Shown: positions 18,661 to 30,209, counted from the first letter of the stretch. The stretch is DNA of 64,000 bases from Thermodesulfobacteriota bacterium (GCA_965216785.1 OZ244197.1:3008001-3072000); one strand, 5' to 3'. Program-made: numbers and translations. The notes: generated by a model from the letters alone, not told the origin.

Positions 18661-18674
18661 AAAAAGGAAAAATT

Positions 18675-20099
<1,425 letters not shown>

Positions 20100-20114
20100 A
20101 GAGGAATCACTTAA

Positions 20115-20738
20115 ATGGAACCATTAGAAAGAGTAGAAGGCATTGTAGCTCCGCTGGACAGGATGAACGTTGATACCGATCAGATCATACCCAAACAGTT
20201 CTTGAAGAGAATTGAGAGGACAGGGTTCGGGGAGTTTTTGTTCTTTGACTGGAGATATCATGAAGACGGATCGCATAATCCAGAATTCGAGCTAAACCAG
20301 GAGCACGTACAAGGGGCTAATATTCTTCTCACAAGCCATAACTTCGGCAGCGGAAGCTCTCGTGAGCACGCGCCGTGGGCGCTGCGCGAGTATGGATTTC
20401 AGGTGATTATCGCCCCGTCATTCGCCGATATTTTCTATAACAACTGCTTTAAAAACGCCATTCTCCCGATAATCCTGCCTGAAGACACAGTAAAGGAGCT
20501 GTTTGTTAAGACCGAAGAGAAAAAGGGTTACAGGCTAACAGTAGACCTCGATTCGCAAACGATAGAGGGAGAGGACGGTTGGACAGCCTCTTTTGATATC
20601 GACCAGTTTAAGAAGCAAAGCCTTCTCGAAGGTCTCGACGATATAGCCCACACGCTCCAGCACGAAAGTAAGATTGATGAATATGAGAAGAAGCACGCTG
20701 AGAGTATGAAATGGGCTACCCCTAACCAGGTACAGTGA
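20115..20738 (+). CDS. leuD: 3-isopropylmalate dehydratase small subunit
   Basis: NVDTDQIIPKQFL, NFGSGSSREHAPWAL and FADIFYNN motifs. Confidence 0.98.
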   Translation: MEPLERVEGIVAPLDRMNVDTDQIIPKQFLKRIERTGFGEFLFFDWRYHEDGSHNPEFELNQEHVQGANILLTSHNFGSGSSREHAPWALREYGFQVIIAPSFADIFYNNCFKNAILPIILPEDTVKELFVKTEEKKGYRLTVDLDSQTIEGEDGWTASFDIDQFKKQSLLEGLDDIAHTLQHESKIDEYEKKHAESMKWATPNQVQ

Positions 20739-20756
20739 ACCAGGGTAAAGGTATAA

Positions 20757-20981
20757 CTATTTCCCCCGCAGTAAGAAATTAAGAATGAGCGTAAGGATAA
20801 TGCTCAGGATTATTGAGGTAGCGAGTGGGAAATAGAATGAAAAATTATCCCGCTTGAAGACAAAATCCCCTGGCAGTTTTCCGATGAACGGGATCTTGCC
20901 CGAGAACGTGAGCAGAAGCCCAAAGATTACTAAAAAGACCCCTGCCAATATTATTATCTTTCCCAGATTTTGAAATTCCAT
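20757..20981 (-). CDS. DUF2905 small membrane protein
   Basis: GKLPGDF...FYFPLATSI signature. Confidence 0.85.
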   Translation of the reverse strand: MEFQNLGKIIILAGVFLVIFGLLLTFSGKIPFIGKLPGDFVFKRDNFSFYFPLATSIILSIILTLILNFLLRGK

Positions 20982-21104
20982 TTCGCGTTACCCTCTCAGC
21001 TCTTCAGGTTTAAAATTATATAGTGCCCAATTAAATTTTCATAGACGAATCAGAAGTCTTGTTTATACTTGTAGCAATTAAAAGTCCAAAAAACACTGGT
21101 AATT

Positions 21105-21158
21105 TAGACAAAAACGCTATATGATTGTAGTATAAATATGAATTGGCACAAAATTTGA
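21105..21158 (+). promoter_or_regulatory. rpoN promoter: sigma-70-type promoter followed by a sigma-54-like box
   Basis: TAGACA-N17-TAGTAT at 21105-21133. TGGCACAAAATTTGA at 21144-21158 (GG-N10-GA). Confidence 0.55.
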
Positions 21159-21193
21159 ATGGAAATTAAAAAGGGTCGTAACCAAATCGGAAA

Positions 21194-22711
21194 ATGAGCA
21201 CTAATTTAAGCCAGACAACTTCTCAAAGACAGGTTCTGCAGCAGCGCCTCATACTGACTCAGGAGCTTCAGCTCTTCTTGAAAATGATCCAGATGACCAC
21301 CCTTGAGTTGAAGGACTATCTGGAAGAGCAGCTCATAGAAAACCCTACGCTCGAAGAGTCTGAAGTGCAGGAGGAAAAGAGTGAGGACTCTCCCGCTGAA
21401 GATGATTTCAGCTTTGAAACTTTTGAAGATGGGCGTTTACTAAAAAGCCGGGATGAAGACATCCCCCACTATACCTCACGCGAGTTTATAGACGATAGCG
21501 GAGAGGACACCACCTGGGAAAATAGGGTAAGCGCGGCTGACTCGCTCATTGATCACCTTAGGTGGCAGCTCAAGGTTGCGGACTTCACTGAGGGAGAAAA
21601 GCAGATTGCCGATTTAATTATCGGGAACACAAACGAAGACGGCTACCTGGAATCGGATCTTAGTGAAATCGAGCGGAACGTTCTAGAGGGTGATGTTCGT
21701 ATGGATGATGTGGAGCCATATGAGGAGAACGCAACCTGCAGTGAAAAGATACAACACGTCCTCCGCCTGATACAAACTTCGTTTGACCCCACGGGAGTGT
21801 GCGCAAGAGACCTCAAGGAATGCCTCAGAACACAGGCCCTAGATATGGGCTATAAAGAAAGCGACCTCGTAATCAAGCTCATCGACCGAGAGCTTGAGGA
21901 GCTTGAGGATAAAGAGATTTCAGATATCGCGCTTGAGCTTGGCTGTAAGGAAGAAGAGGCCGAAGAGGCCATGACTGTTATTTCATCCCTTGAGCCCAGA
22001 CCCGGCAGACCCTTTTTCAATCAGGATACGGAAAAATACATAGTCCCCGATTTCTTCGTATATAAAGTGGGCAATGAGCTCCAGATACAGCTGAACCGGG
22101 ATTTCCCGAAGGTCAGGATAAGCTCCTACTACAGAAACCTTATAAAGAAGGAAAAGACCCTGCCGCCAGAGGCAAAGCAGTTCATCCGTGAGAAACTGGA
22201 AGCGGCAAAGAGGATTATTAAATGCCTCGATGAACGCGAAGAGGCGGTGAAGAAAATAATCACCAAGATCGTAGAGGTTCAAAAAGACTTCTTCGAGCAC
22301 GGAAGAAATTATATTAAACCACTCATTCTTAAGGATGTAGCCCAGTCCGTAGGCGTCCACGAATCCACCGTAAGCAGGATCACAAGTAAAAGGTATATGG
22401 AAACCCCGCAGGGCGTGATCGCTCTTAAATCACTTTTCTCAAGAAAAATCGAGACCTCTCACGGTAAGGAAATCTCGTTTGAGAAGGTAAAGTCCATCAT
22501 AACAGAAATTGTTTCCGGAGAAATGCCCGAAAGCCCGTATTCTGACGAGGATATATCCAAGATACTTGAGAGAAGAAATATAAAGGTTGCCCGCAGAACT
22601 GTTGCAAAATACAGAAAAATCCTTAAAATACCCTCATCTTCAGCAAGAGCCAGCCAACACAGGAAATCGAAAAATGAAAGTAACGGTAACCACAAGACAT
22701 ATAAGCAATAA
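21194..22711 (+). CDS. rpoN: RNA polymerase sigma-54 factor
   Basis: Q/L-rich region I, ENPTLE, DPTGVCARDL.ECL, HESTVSR and the RpoN box ARRTVAKYR. Confidence 0.98.
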   Translation: MSTNLSQTTSQRQVLQQRLILTQELQLFLKMIQMTTLELKDYLEEQLIENPTLEESEVQEEKSEDSPAEDDFSFETFEDGRLLKSRDEDIPHYTSREFIDDSGEDTTWENRVSAADSLIDHLRWQLKVADFTEGEKQIADLIIGNTNEDGYLESDLSEIERNVLEGDVRMDDVEPYEENATCSEKIQHVLRLIQTSFDPTGVCARDLKECLRTQALDMGYKESDLVIKLIDRELEELEDKEISDIALELGCKEEEAEEAMTVISSLEPRPGRPFFNQDTEKYIVPDFFVYKVGNELQIQLNRDFPKVRISSYYRNLIKKEKTLPPEAKQFIREKLEAAKRIIKCLDEREEAVKKIITKIVEVQKDFFEHGRNYIKPLILKDVAQSVGVHESTVSRITSKRYMETPQGVIALKSLFSRKIETSHGKEISFEKVKSIITEIVSGEMPESPYSDEDISKILERRNIKVARRTVAKYRKILKIPSSSARASQHRKSKNESNGNHKTYKQ

Positions 22712-23225
22712 GAGAAAGTCAGAAGAACTCAAGACTTACGCGATTGAAAAATCAAAGAGAATTGAAAAATTTCTGAGATCAGAACGGGATCCTTCGGAGC
22801 TCCGCATAATACTCTCGTCCGAGAAGTACAGGAACAGAGCAGAATTCATAATCAACAATATTAATTTAAAGGCCGCAAGTTCTGTGGAAACAGAGGATAT
22901 GCATACATCGATCGACCAAGCTGTTGACGCCATTATCAAACAGCTGCGCAAGCAGACCGATAAAAAAATCACGTCCAAAAGAAGAAGCGCTCCGAGACTG
23001 AAAGATGAAATGCCCGACATTCAAAGCTACGGTGATTTCCCGCCCACCTCGTATGAGGATATCCGGATTCACAAGCTTCCGCCTAAGCCCATGTCGATTG
23101 AAGAGGCTTCACTACAGCTCAAGGTGTCAGACGCTAATTTTGTAGCGTTTAAAAACAGTGAAAACGGCGAAATGAATGTCATTTACATTAACCGTAGAGG
23201 ACAAGTTATTCTGATTGAGCCCTAG
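22674..23225 (+). CDS. hpf: Ribosome hibernation promoting factor (long HPF/RaiA)
   Basis: MKVTVTTRH...DMHTSID...KQL plus the C-terminal KPMSIEEA domain. Directly follows rpoN. Confidence 0.9.
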   Translation: MKVTVTTRHISNKRKSEELKTYAIEKSKRIEKFLRSERDPSELRIILSSEKYRNRAEFIINNINLKAASSVETEDMHTSIDQAVDAIIKQLRKQTDKKITSKRRSAPRLKDEMPDIQSYGDFPPTSYEDIRIHKLPPKPMSIEEASLQLKVSDANFVAFKNSENGEMNVIYINRRGQVILIEP

Positions 23226-23239
23226 AGTGACAGAAGAGC

Positions 23240-23707
23240 ATGATAAAAATTTCAGATGTACTCAAGCGAAATACTGTCACGGCCTCCCTCAAAGCTATAG
23301 ATAAACCGCAAGTCATAAAAGAGCTTTCAGAGAGTTTAGCCACAGAGCATCCGGGAATTAACAATGAAAGACTCATAGAAGTCTTGACTGAACGCGAAAA
23401 GCTCTGCAGCACGGCACTTGACTCCGGTGTTGCCATCCCTCACGCAAAGTTAGGCGGAATATCTAATATTCTGTTGGGCTTTGGCAGGAGTGTGAAAGGT
23501 GTCGACTTTGATTCCCTTGACAGAAAGCCGACCCATTTCTTCATACTACTCGTATCGCCCGAAAACTCTAGTGGTCTGCATATCGAGCTTCTGGCCCGTA
23601 TATCAATGCTATTTAAGGACCCTGAATTCCGCTCGAATCTTTTGAAGGCGGAGTCCGCAGAGGAGCTATACGAATATATAATATCAGAAGATGAAAAGCT
23701 TGAGTAA
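23240..23707 (+). CDS. ptsN: PTS IIA-Ntr-like protein
   Basis: ERE..STA...GVAIPHA, DFDSLD and HIELLARIS motifs; rpoN operon context. Confidence 0.9.
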   Translation: MIKISDVLKRNTVTASLKAIDKPQVIKELSESLATEHPGINNERLIEVLTEREKLCSTALDSGVAIPHAKLGGISNILLGFGRSVKGVDFDSLDRKPTHFFILLVSPENSSGLHIELLARISMLFKDPEFRSNLLKAESAEELYEYIISEDEKLE

Positions 23708-24647
23708 TGTACCACAGATCCAGGTAAGTGAGCTTTACAGTACTTTGGGAAAAGAGCTACACCTGAACGTCATAGCAGGCAAAAAGGGCTTTTCCAGAAA
23801 AATCACATCACACGAAATTCTAAAGCCCGGCAATATATGGGTTGATACTGGCGCAGCTGAAAAAGGCAAAGTACAGATATTGGGCCGAGTAGAGCTTAAG
23901 CACTTTGCTACCATGTCCGCGGAAGAGAAAAAAAAATTCACAGATACCCTCCAATCGGGTCACATACCGTGTTTTGTTGTAGCAAAAGGCCTTTCTGCTG
24001 AAGCCTCTTTAGTTAAGATTTGCCAAAAAACGAAGACCCCGCTTTTTAGCACCGGACTGTTTACGGGCAAACTCATCACAAATTTGGAATCAATACTCAG
24101 AGACAGATTAACCCCCTTCACAACCGCTCACGGCGTGCTGCTCGAGGTTTACGGAGTAGGAGTCCTGATACTCGGGGAAAGTGGTATCGGAAAGAGTGAA
24201 AACGCGCTTGACTTAATTAACAGGGGTTCTAAACTCATTTCCGATGACATAGTGGAGATAAGAAAATCCGCTCAATCAGCGCTTTGTGGTAAAGCGCCTG
24301 AGCATACAAAGCACCTAATGGAAATTAGGGGCGTCGGTATAATTAATATAGAAGATATATTCGGGAACGCGTCCGTAATGGACGAACGGGAGATAGAAAT
24401 GGTTATCGAGCTTGCGCAGTGGGACCCGGATAGGGAGTACGACAGACTCGGCCTGGATGCTAAAACTATCCCGATACTGGACATCGAGCTTCCTTATCTT
24501 CAGATTCCGGTCAGACCGGGCAGAAACACAGCTACCATTATCGAAGTCGCCGCCAGAAACCAGCGCTTAAAGTTAAGCGGAATCCATTCCGCTGAAAAGT
24601 TCAGAGCTCAGCACAGCAAAATGCTATCGAACAAAAAAAACCAATGA
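23691..24647 (+). CDS. hprK: HPr kinase/phosphorylase
   Basis: HGVL...GESGIGKSE.AL.L..RG, DD, MEIRGVGII and PVRPGRN motifs. Confidence 0.95.
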   Translation: MKSLSNVPQIQVSELYSTLGKELHLNVIAGKKGFSRKITSHEILKPGNIWVDTGAAEKGKVQILGRVELKHFATMSAEEKKKFTDTLQSGHIPCFVVAKGLSAEASLVKICQKTKTPLFSTGLFTGKLITNLESILRDRLTPFTTAHGVLLEVYGVGVLILGESGIGKSENALDLINRGSKLISDDIVEIRKSAQSALCGKAPEHTKHLMEIRGVGIINIEDIFGNASVMDEREIEMVIELAQWDPDREYDRLGLDAKTIPILDIELPYLQIPVRPGRNTATIIEVAARNQRLKLSGIHSAEKFRAQHSKMLSNKKNQ

Positions 24648-25495
24648 CAAACCTCGTCATCATAAGCGGCCTTTCAGGCTCAGGCAAGAGTACAGCGGTA
24701 AACGTTCTAGAGGACCTCGGATATTACTGTGTAGACAATCTTCCTCTTACACTTCTTCCAACGTTCATAGAGCTTTGTGACAACTCGGAAAAAGACATCA
24801 AAAAGGTCGCTCTTGTAATCGATATAAGGGAGGGGATATTCTTTGACCATGCTCCTGAGCTTATTAAGGATCTCAAGGAACGTGGTTACCCGCTGGACAT
24901 CATATTTTTGGACTCGTCCGACGAAACGCTCATTAAACGTTACAAAGAAACCAGGAGAAAACACCCATTATCCTCTGACGGGAACATATCTGAAGGCATA
25001 TCCAGGGAAAGAGAAAAGCTCAAAGAGCTTAAAGACTTCGCAGACATTACGATCGACACTTCAGAGTACAATGTCCATGATTTAAAAGAGCTTATAAGAG
25101 AACATTTTGAAAACCCTGACTCCCAGCGCCTGTCGTTAAATATTTTCTCCTTCGGTCATAAGCACGGATTCCCGAATGAGGCTGATATGGTTTTTGACGT
25201 GAGGTTTTTACCAAACCCTCATTTCGTTGAAGAGCTCAAGGAGCTCGACGGCAAGAGTGATGAGGTAAAAGAATACGTTTTGGAGAACGAGGTGACAAAA
25301 GAGTATATTCTGAAGCTAAAAGAGTTTCTTGGGTATCTAATACCTAAATACGATAAAGAAGGGAAATCATACCTCACGATAGCCATAGGGTGTACTGGAG
25401 GCAAACACCGCTCGGTCGCAATAGTCGATGCAATATCCGAGCATTTCAAACACCTATCGCCAAAAATAAGGCACAGGGATATACTTAAGAATTAA
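24644..25495 (+). CDS. rapZ: RNase adapter RapZ/YvcJ
   Basis: SGLSGSGKS...LEDLGYYCVDNLP, DVRFLPNP and GCTGGKHRSV motifs. Confidence 0.95.
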   Translation: MTNLVIISGLSGSGKSTAVNVLEDLGYYCVDNLPLTLLPTFIELCDNSEKDIKKVALVIDIREGIFFDHAPELIKDLKERGYPLDIIFLDSSDETLIKRYKETRRKHPLSSDGNISEGISREREKLKELKDFADITIDTSEYNVHDLKELIREHFENPDSQRLSLNIFSFGHKHGFPNEADMVFDVRFLPNPHFVEELKELDGKSDEVKEYVLENEVTKEYILKLKEFLGYLIPKYDKEGKSYLTIAIGCTGGKHRSVAIVDAISEHFKHLSPKIRHRDILKN

Positions 25496-25506
25496 GGAGA
25501 GCGTGT

Positions 25507-25920
25507 ATGGTCGGTATAGTTGTCGTAACTCACGGGAAATTAGCTAAAGAGCTCATCGAAGCGGTAAACTTCGTTCTATCCTCAAGTCCTCAAGTGAAAA
25601 TGGCAGGTGTATGTCTTGACCCAGATAGAGAGTTCGAAAGCTTTAAACAAGACATAAAAACCGCAATAAAAAAAGTAAAGGAAAAAGACGGCACACTTCT
25701 GGTAACGGATATGTTCGGCGGTACCCCCTCAAATATTAGTCTAACGTTCCTTGAAGAAAACAAGGTAGAGGTGGTGTCAGGCGTAAACCTGCCTATGCTT
25801 CTCAAGCTAGCCACACTCAAAGACAGCGTAACTCTGGAGGAAGCTGTCAAAACAGCCGAGTCTGCAGGCAAAGAAAACATTATCGTAGCAAGCAAGCTCC
25901 TACATGACAGAGAGAGCTGA
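25507..25920 (+). CDS. PTS mannose/fructose-type EIIA component
   Basis: VVVTHG, TDMFGGTPSN and GVNLPML motifs. Confidence 0.92.
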   Translation: MVGIVVVTHGKLAKELIEAVNFVLSSSPQVKMAGVCLDPDREFESFKQDIKTAIKKVKEKDGTLLVTDMFGGTPSNISLTFLEENKVEVVSGVNLPMLLKLATLKDSVTLEEAVKTAESAGKENIIVASKLLHDRES

Positions 25921-26047
25921 ATCGGCAGCTGAAAATCCGTATAATAAGACCATATAAGCCTGTCTTTATTTGAAAAAGTCTGCTATCCTGTATATTGTTT
26001 CATTTTTTATATCCTAGGGGTCTAGATCAAATAACCGAGGTTAAGAT

Positions 26048-26371
26048 ATGACAAAGGAAGAAATAGAGAGAATTATAGAGTCTTGGAAAAATCACCTTGC
26101 AACGGGAGGCATGGAAGACTTTAAGCTTGAAATAGAGCATAACGTGCCAAAGGAATTTGCCGCAATAGCGCTATACATGGATTCAAAGACTGTCAAAGCA
26201 TCAGGGGAGAACGAGGATTACTACGAAGGGTATCGACAGGCTTCAATCGATGTTTTGAATTTAATAGGGGTACAGATGGCTCAGGACGATATGACAAAAA
26301 CTATAACACTATTCAGAAAAGAATCAGACGATACAAAGCAGGAAGAGTTAAAGAAGCACATATGGGGTTAA
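26048..26371 (+). CDS. Hypothetical protein
   Basis: 107-aa ORF with a GAGG SD and host-like codon usage. No recognised motif. Confidence 0.7.
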   Translation: MTKEEIERIIESWKNHLATGGMEDFKLEIEHNVPKEFAAIALYMDSKTVKASGENEDYYEGYRQASIDVLNLIGVQMAQDDMTKTITLFRKESDDTKQEELKKHIWG

Positions 26372-26440
26372 CGCGCTTTTTATAAGCTTTATATCTATTC
26401 CCCGTACTACATCCATTAAGACCGTGACTTTGAAAACCTT

Positions 26441-27250
26441 ATGAAGCTAATAGATAAGTTTAATTGCTTTCTCATTGATCTTGACGGTGTTGTATACGTT
26501 GAGCACAAGCCTACAGAGGGTTCTGTAGATACTATAAACCATCTTAAAAACATCGGTAAAAATATAATATTCATAACAAACGACCCGAGAAGCTCAACAG
26601 CGGACTATGCAGAGAAATTAAGAGGTTTCGGCCTCGAGGTGGAAGACGATGAGGTCATAACATCGGCCATGGCTATTGCCCATCATATACGAGCCCACAC
26701 TAAAAATTCGGATAAAAAAAACGCCTATGTAGTCGGGAGCGATGCGCTTAAGAAAGAGATAGAGCTTGCGGGTCTAACAATAGTAGACGGCGAAGAAGCA
26801 AAGAGCGCGGATTACGTCATACTTGGCGGGCACCCCGAGTTTCACTACAATGAGCTCAAATTGGCGACCCTGGCGCTAAGAAACGGGGCCGAGTTTTTCG
26901 CTACGAGCCGCGATCCGGCCTACCCGAGCTCTGAAGGACATGTTCCGGCCACAGGGGCTATGCTAGCATCTATTGAAGTCGCATCTGAGAAAAAGGCGGT
27001 AGTCGCTGGAAAGCCCGAAAGAATTATATTCGAAGAAGCCCTGCATCACGCTAAGTGCACAGGCAAGAGCACCACAGCCATCATAGGCGACAGGCTCGAT
27101 ACAGACATTTTGGGCGGCAAGATCGCCGGCATTTCCACGATCCTCACACTATCGGGCTCAACTAAAAAAGAAGACGTAAAGATTTCAGACGTTAAACCCG
27201 ACTTCATCATCAATGATCTCAGAGACCTACTTATAGAACTGGAGAATTGA
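26441..27250 (+). CDS. HAD-IIA family hydrolase (NagD-like)
   Basis: DLDGV, FITN, GKP and GDRLDTDI motifs. Confidence 0.92.
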   Translation: MKLIDKFNCFLIDLDGVVYVEHKPTEGSVDTINHLKNIGKNIIFITNDPRSSTADYAEKLRGFGLEVEDDEVITSAMAIAHHIRAHTKNSDKKNAYVVGSDALKKEIELAGLTIVDGEEAKSADYVILGGHPEFHYNELKLATLALRNGAEFFATSRDPAYPSSEGHVPATGAMLASIEVASEKKAVVAGKPERIIFEEALHHAKCTGKSTTAIIGDRLDTDILGGKIAGISTILTLSGSTKKEDVKISDVKPDFIINDLRDLLIELEN

Positions 27251-27286
27251 GCCCGATTACAACCTCCTCTGAGAGCACAACTTACA

Positions 27287-28090
27287 ATGCCGCTTATAAA
27301 CGTAAATTCCATTAATATAAACTATGAGCTTGACGGCCAAGGACCTGTCGTAGTGTTCATAAACGGTCTGACTATGACCACATCCGGCTGGGCTTATCAG
27401 ATCAAGCCTTTTACACAGAGATACAGCGTACTCCGCTACGATTGCCGCGGACAGGGCGGCTCTGACAAGCCTGCAGAAGAGTACTCCCAGCAAATCCACG
27501 CTGAGGACCTATACCAGCTGCTTAGAGCTCTGGATATTGATAAAGCACACTTGATCGGTCTTTCAAACGGAGGGATGATAGCTCAGCATTTCGCTCTCAA
27601 ATACCCCGAGATAACAGACACTCTTGTTCTGGTAGACACATGTGGTTTTGTAGGAAAACTGCTAGAGCTCACAGTAAGTTCCTGGATTAAAGCAACAGAG
27701 GCTGGCGGTAACGATCTGCGCTATGATGTGTTGCTACCGCAAATTTTCTCAGAGAGTTTTATTAGTAACAACGAGGAGCTTATTAAGAGCATGAAAGAAT
27801 TCAGCTCCGAAATAAATACTCCTGAAGCCGTAATAAACCTGGCAAAAGCATCAATGAACCACGACTTGAGATCCCATATATCGAAAATCAAATCCCCTAC
27901 GCTGATTATTGCGGGGCAAGAGGATATACTGATCCCGCCAAAATACTCCAGGATGCTAAGTGAAGAGATAGAAAATTCAGAGCTTGTTATTATCCAAGAC
28001 TGCGCTCACGTACCGCCAATTGAAAAACCAGAGGAGTTTAACTCCATAGTGTTGGATTTTTTAAATAAACACGACTCGCCTGCTCAATAG
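27287..28090 (+). CDS. Alpha/beta hydrolase (PcaD/enol-lactonase-like)
   Basis: YDCRGQG.SD, GLSNGG, QEDILIP and AHVPPIE motifs. Confidence 0.88.
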   Translation: MPLINVNSININYELDGQGPVVVFINGLTMTTSGWAYQIKPFTQRYSVLRYDCRGQGGSDKPAEEYSQQIHAEDLYQLLRALDIDKAHLIGLSNGGMIAQHFALKYPEITDTLVLVDTCGFVGKLLELTVSSWIKATEAGGNDLRYDVLLPQIFSESFISNNEELIKSMKEFSSEINTPEAVINLAKASMNHDLRSHISKIKSPTLIIAGQEDILIPPKYSRMLSEEIENSELVIIQDCAHVPPIEKPEEFNSIVLDFLNKHDSPAQ

Positions 28091-28242
28091 AATTTGCACA
28101 TACTTCATTCTAACTGCCAGTCATGACTCACTATTTATTGTTCAGGTAAACTATATATATAAGCTCAGGCAGCTAAAAAACTCCTCCTTAATAAGAACTA
28201 ACATTTTCTTCGGGACGGAAATTCCGGGTTTATCTGATAATC

Positions 28243-29184
28243 ATGGTATCAAAAGTAATGCAAATAGCAGCGAAAAGCTCCCCTCAGAATAATGCTTTGA
28301 TTCTGATGATTTTTGGCGGATTCATGTTCGCTTCGATGGGAGCTCTCACACACGCGCTCGGTAAAGAGGTAGATTGGCTTATTATTGCTTTTATCAGAAT
28401 GGGCCTCTCATTTGTAATCACACTGGTACTCGCGCTAAGATCAGACATCAACCCTTTCTTACTCAACAGACCGCTCCTTTGGTTCAGGAGCTTTGTCGGA
28501 AGCTCCGTAATGCTGGCGACATTCTACGCTCTTACGGTTCTACCCATTTCAGATGTCGCGGTGATAACCGAATCACGCCCGATTTGGGTCGCACTATTAG
28601 CAGGTTATCTGCTGGGCGAGACCACCGGCAAAAAGATATGGCTTTCCATAGCATTCGGCATGCTCGGCATTATACTTGTCGAACACCCGATATTCTCAAG
28701 CGGAAGCTTTGCGGGATTAGTTGCTCTTTATGCAGCAATCGGGGGAGCTGTGGTGATGATTTGTCTTAGGAAGCTAAGAGACCTGGACACTAGAGTCATA
28801 GTTACTCATTTCTCAGCCACCGCTACCATAATCGCGTTTCTAACACTCATAGCCGTACGTGGAGAGGCGGATTTTTCTCAGCTTGGAGATACTCGCATCC
28901 TGCTCATGCTCATAGGTGTTGGTGTTCTGGGCACATTGGGACAGCTCGCAATGACAAAAGCTTTCTCAATGGGCGAGGCGCCAAGCGTTGCCTCAGCCGG
29001 GTTTGTTAAAGTGGGCTTCTCGGCTGGGTACGATATCTTTATATGGAAATACGTTTTTGAGTATCCGACAATCCTGGGAATGCTTCTGATACTGGGCTCT
29101 ACTATGTGGCTGTTCAAGAGAAAAAAAGAGCCTCTCGGATATAATATCCCGGGTAAGAAGTTAAATATAAAAGACGGCAGTTAG
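28243..29184 (+). CDS. DMT/EamA family transporter
   Basis: About 10 hydrophobic segments in two EamA repeats (LLGE, GQLAMTKAF). Confidence 0.88.
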   Translation: MVSKVMQIAAKSSPQNNALILMIFGGFMFASMGALTHALGKEVDWLIIAFIRMGLSFVITLVLALRSDINPFLLNRPLLWFRSFVGSSVMLATFYALTVLPISDVAVITESRPIWVALLAGYLLGETTGKKIWLSIAFGMLGIILVEHPIFSSGSFAGLVALYAAIGGAVVMICLRKLRDLDTRVIVTHFSATATIIAFLTLIAVRGEADFSQLGDTRILLMLIGVGVLGTLGQLAMTKAFSMGEAPSVASAGFVKVGFSAGYDIFIWKYVFEYPTILGMLLILGSTMWLFKRKKEPLGYNIPGKKLNIKDGS

Positions 29185-29210
29185 CATCTAAACCGGACTT
29201 AATGCGGTTT

Positions 29211-30209
29211 CTATTCCGAGGACTTCCAGATAAATCTGCCTTTTCTATCTATATACCCCCACTCACCGCCGCCAAGCTCTACAATCGACAGCCCTCCGGA
29301 AAAACTAACTGCTGTTACGAAATCGGGTTTTATAACTACCTCACCTCTCTTATTTATAAAACCCCAATGAGAACCCTCTCTGTAGCTTGCGAGACCTTCT
29401 GAGAAATTTCCCACCTCATCATATTCGGGTTGAACAATAATTACTCCTCTTCTATTTATGAAACCCTGTTTTCCACCCTTGGTAAATGCGGCGGCGCCGT
29501 TACTGAAATGCCTGATAGCCTGAAAATCCGTTTCAAGAGCGACTTCCCCAAACCTATCGAGGAATACGAATTGCCCGTCTTTCTCTACGCTCGCAAGTCC
29601 TTCCGAGTACCCTTGGGCCCAATCAAAATCGGGATCTATGAACATCTTTCCGTTCTTTTTAATATATCCCCCCTTCCCTTCTACTATCACAAGCCCGTAG
29701 CCATCGGAGAAATTAAAAGCCTTCTCATACCGGGGTTCTATGACCATTTTGCCTTCTTTATTCACGTAACCCCACCTGCCGTTAATTTTCACACTCGCAA
29801 GTCCTTCAGAAAATGGCATCGCTTTTTCAAACTGCGGCTCTATCATCATCTTACCTACTTTGTTTATATAGCCGTATCGTCCATCAACCTTCACACGGGC
29901 AAGCCCCTCGCTGAATTTGTGTGCTTCACGGTACTCGGGAGTAATAACCAGAATATTAAACTCATTTATATATCCCCAGAGACCGTCTTTCTTTACAAGC
30001 GCCCTACCGTCCGAGAAATCGACCGCGCCTTCATACTTATATGGAATCTTAAGGTCCCCAGTTCTGGAAATAAATCCCCACTGACCGTTCTTCTCCACCG
30101 GGAAAAGAAGCTCCGAGACAGAACCCACCGAAGAGCCCGGCGGCGAAGACGCGCAGGCCTGTATTAATATAAAAAAAGCACATGTGAGTAAAGTGACGTA
30201 CCTAATCAA
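29211..30209 (-). CDS. WG-repeat (KWG) lipoprotein
   Basis: Lipobox IQAC and about 8 repeats of FSEGLA.V...G.WG(F/Y)I...G..VI.P. Confidence 0.9.
   Translation of the reverse strand: MIRYVTLLTCAFFILIQACASSPPGSSVGSVSELLFPVEKNGQWGFISRTGDLKIPYKYEGAVDFSDGRALVKKDGLWGYINEFNILVITPEYREAHKFSEGLARVKVDGRYGYINKVGKMMIEPQFEKAMPFSEGLASVKINGRWGYVNKEGKMVIEPRYEKAFNFSDGYGLVIVEGKGGYIKKNGKMFIDPDFDWAQGYSEGLASVEKDGQFVFLDRFGEVALETDFQAIRHFSNGAAAFTKGGKQGFINRRGVIIVQPEYDEVGNFSEGLASYREGSHWGFINKRGEVVIKPDFVTAVSFSGGLSIVELGGGEWGYIDRKGRFIWKSSE

Noticed and set aside
29430-30167. 245-aa ORF on the plus strand
   Set aside because: It is the antisense shadow of the WG-repeat gene. Its periodicity mirrors the real repeats and it has no independent motif.
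29211-30209. Periodic DNA similarity suggesting a repeat array
   Set aside because: Explained by protein-level WG repeats. There are no identical repeats with unique spacers, so it is not a CRISPR array.
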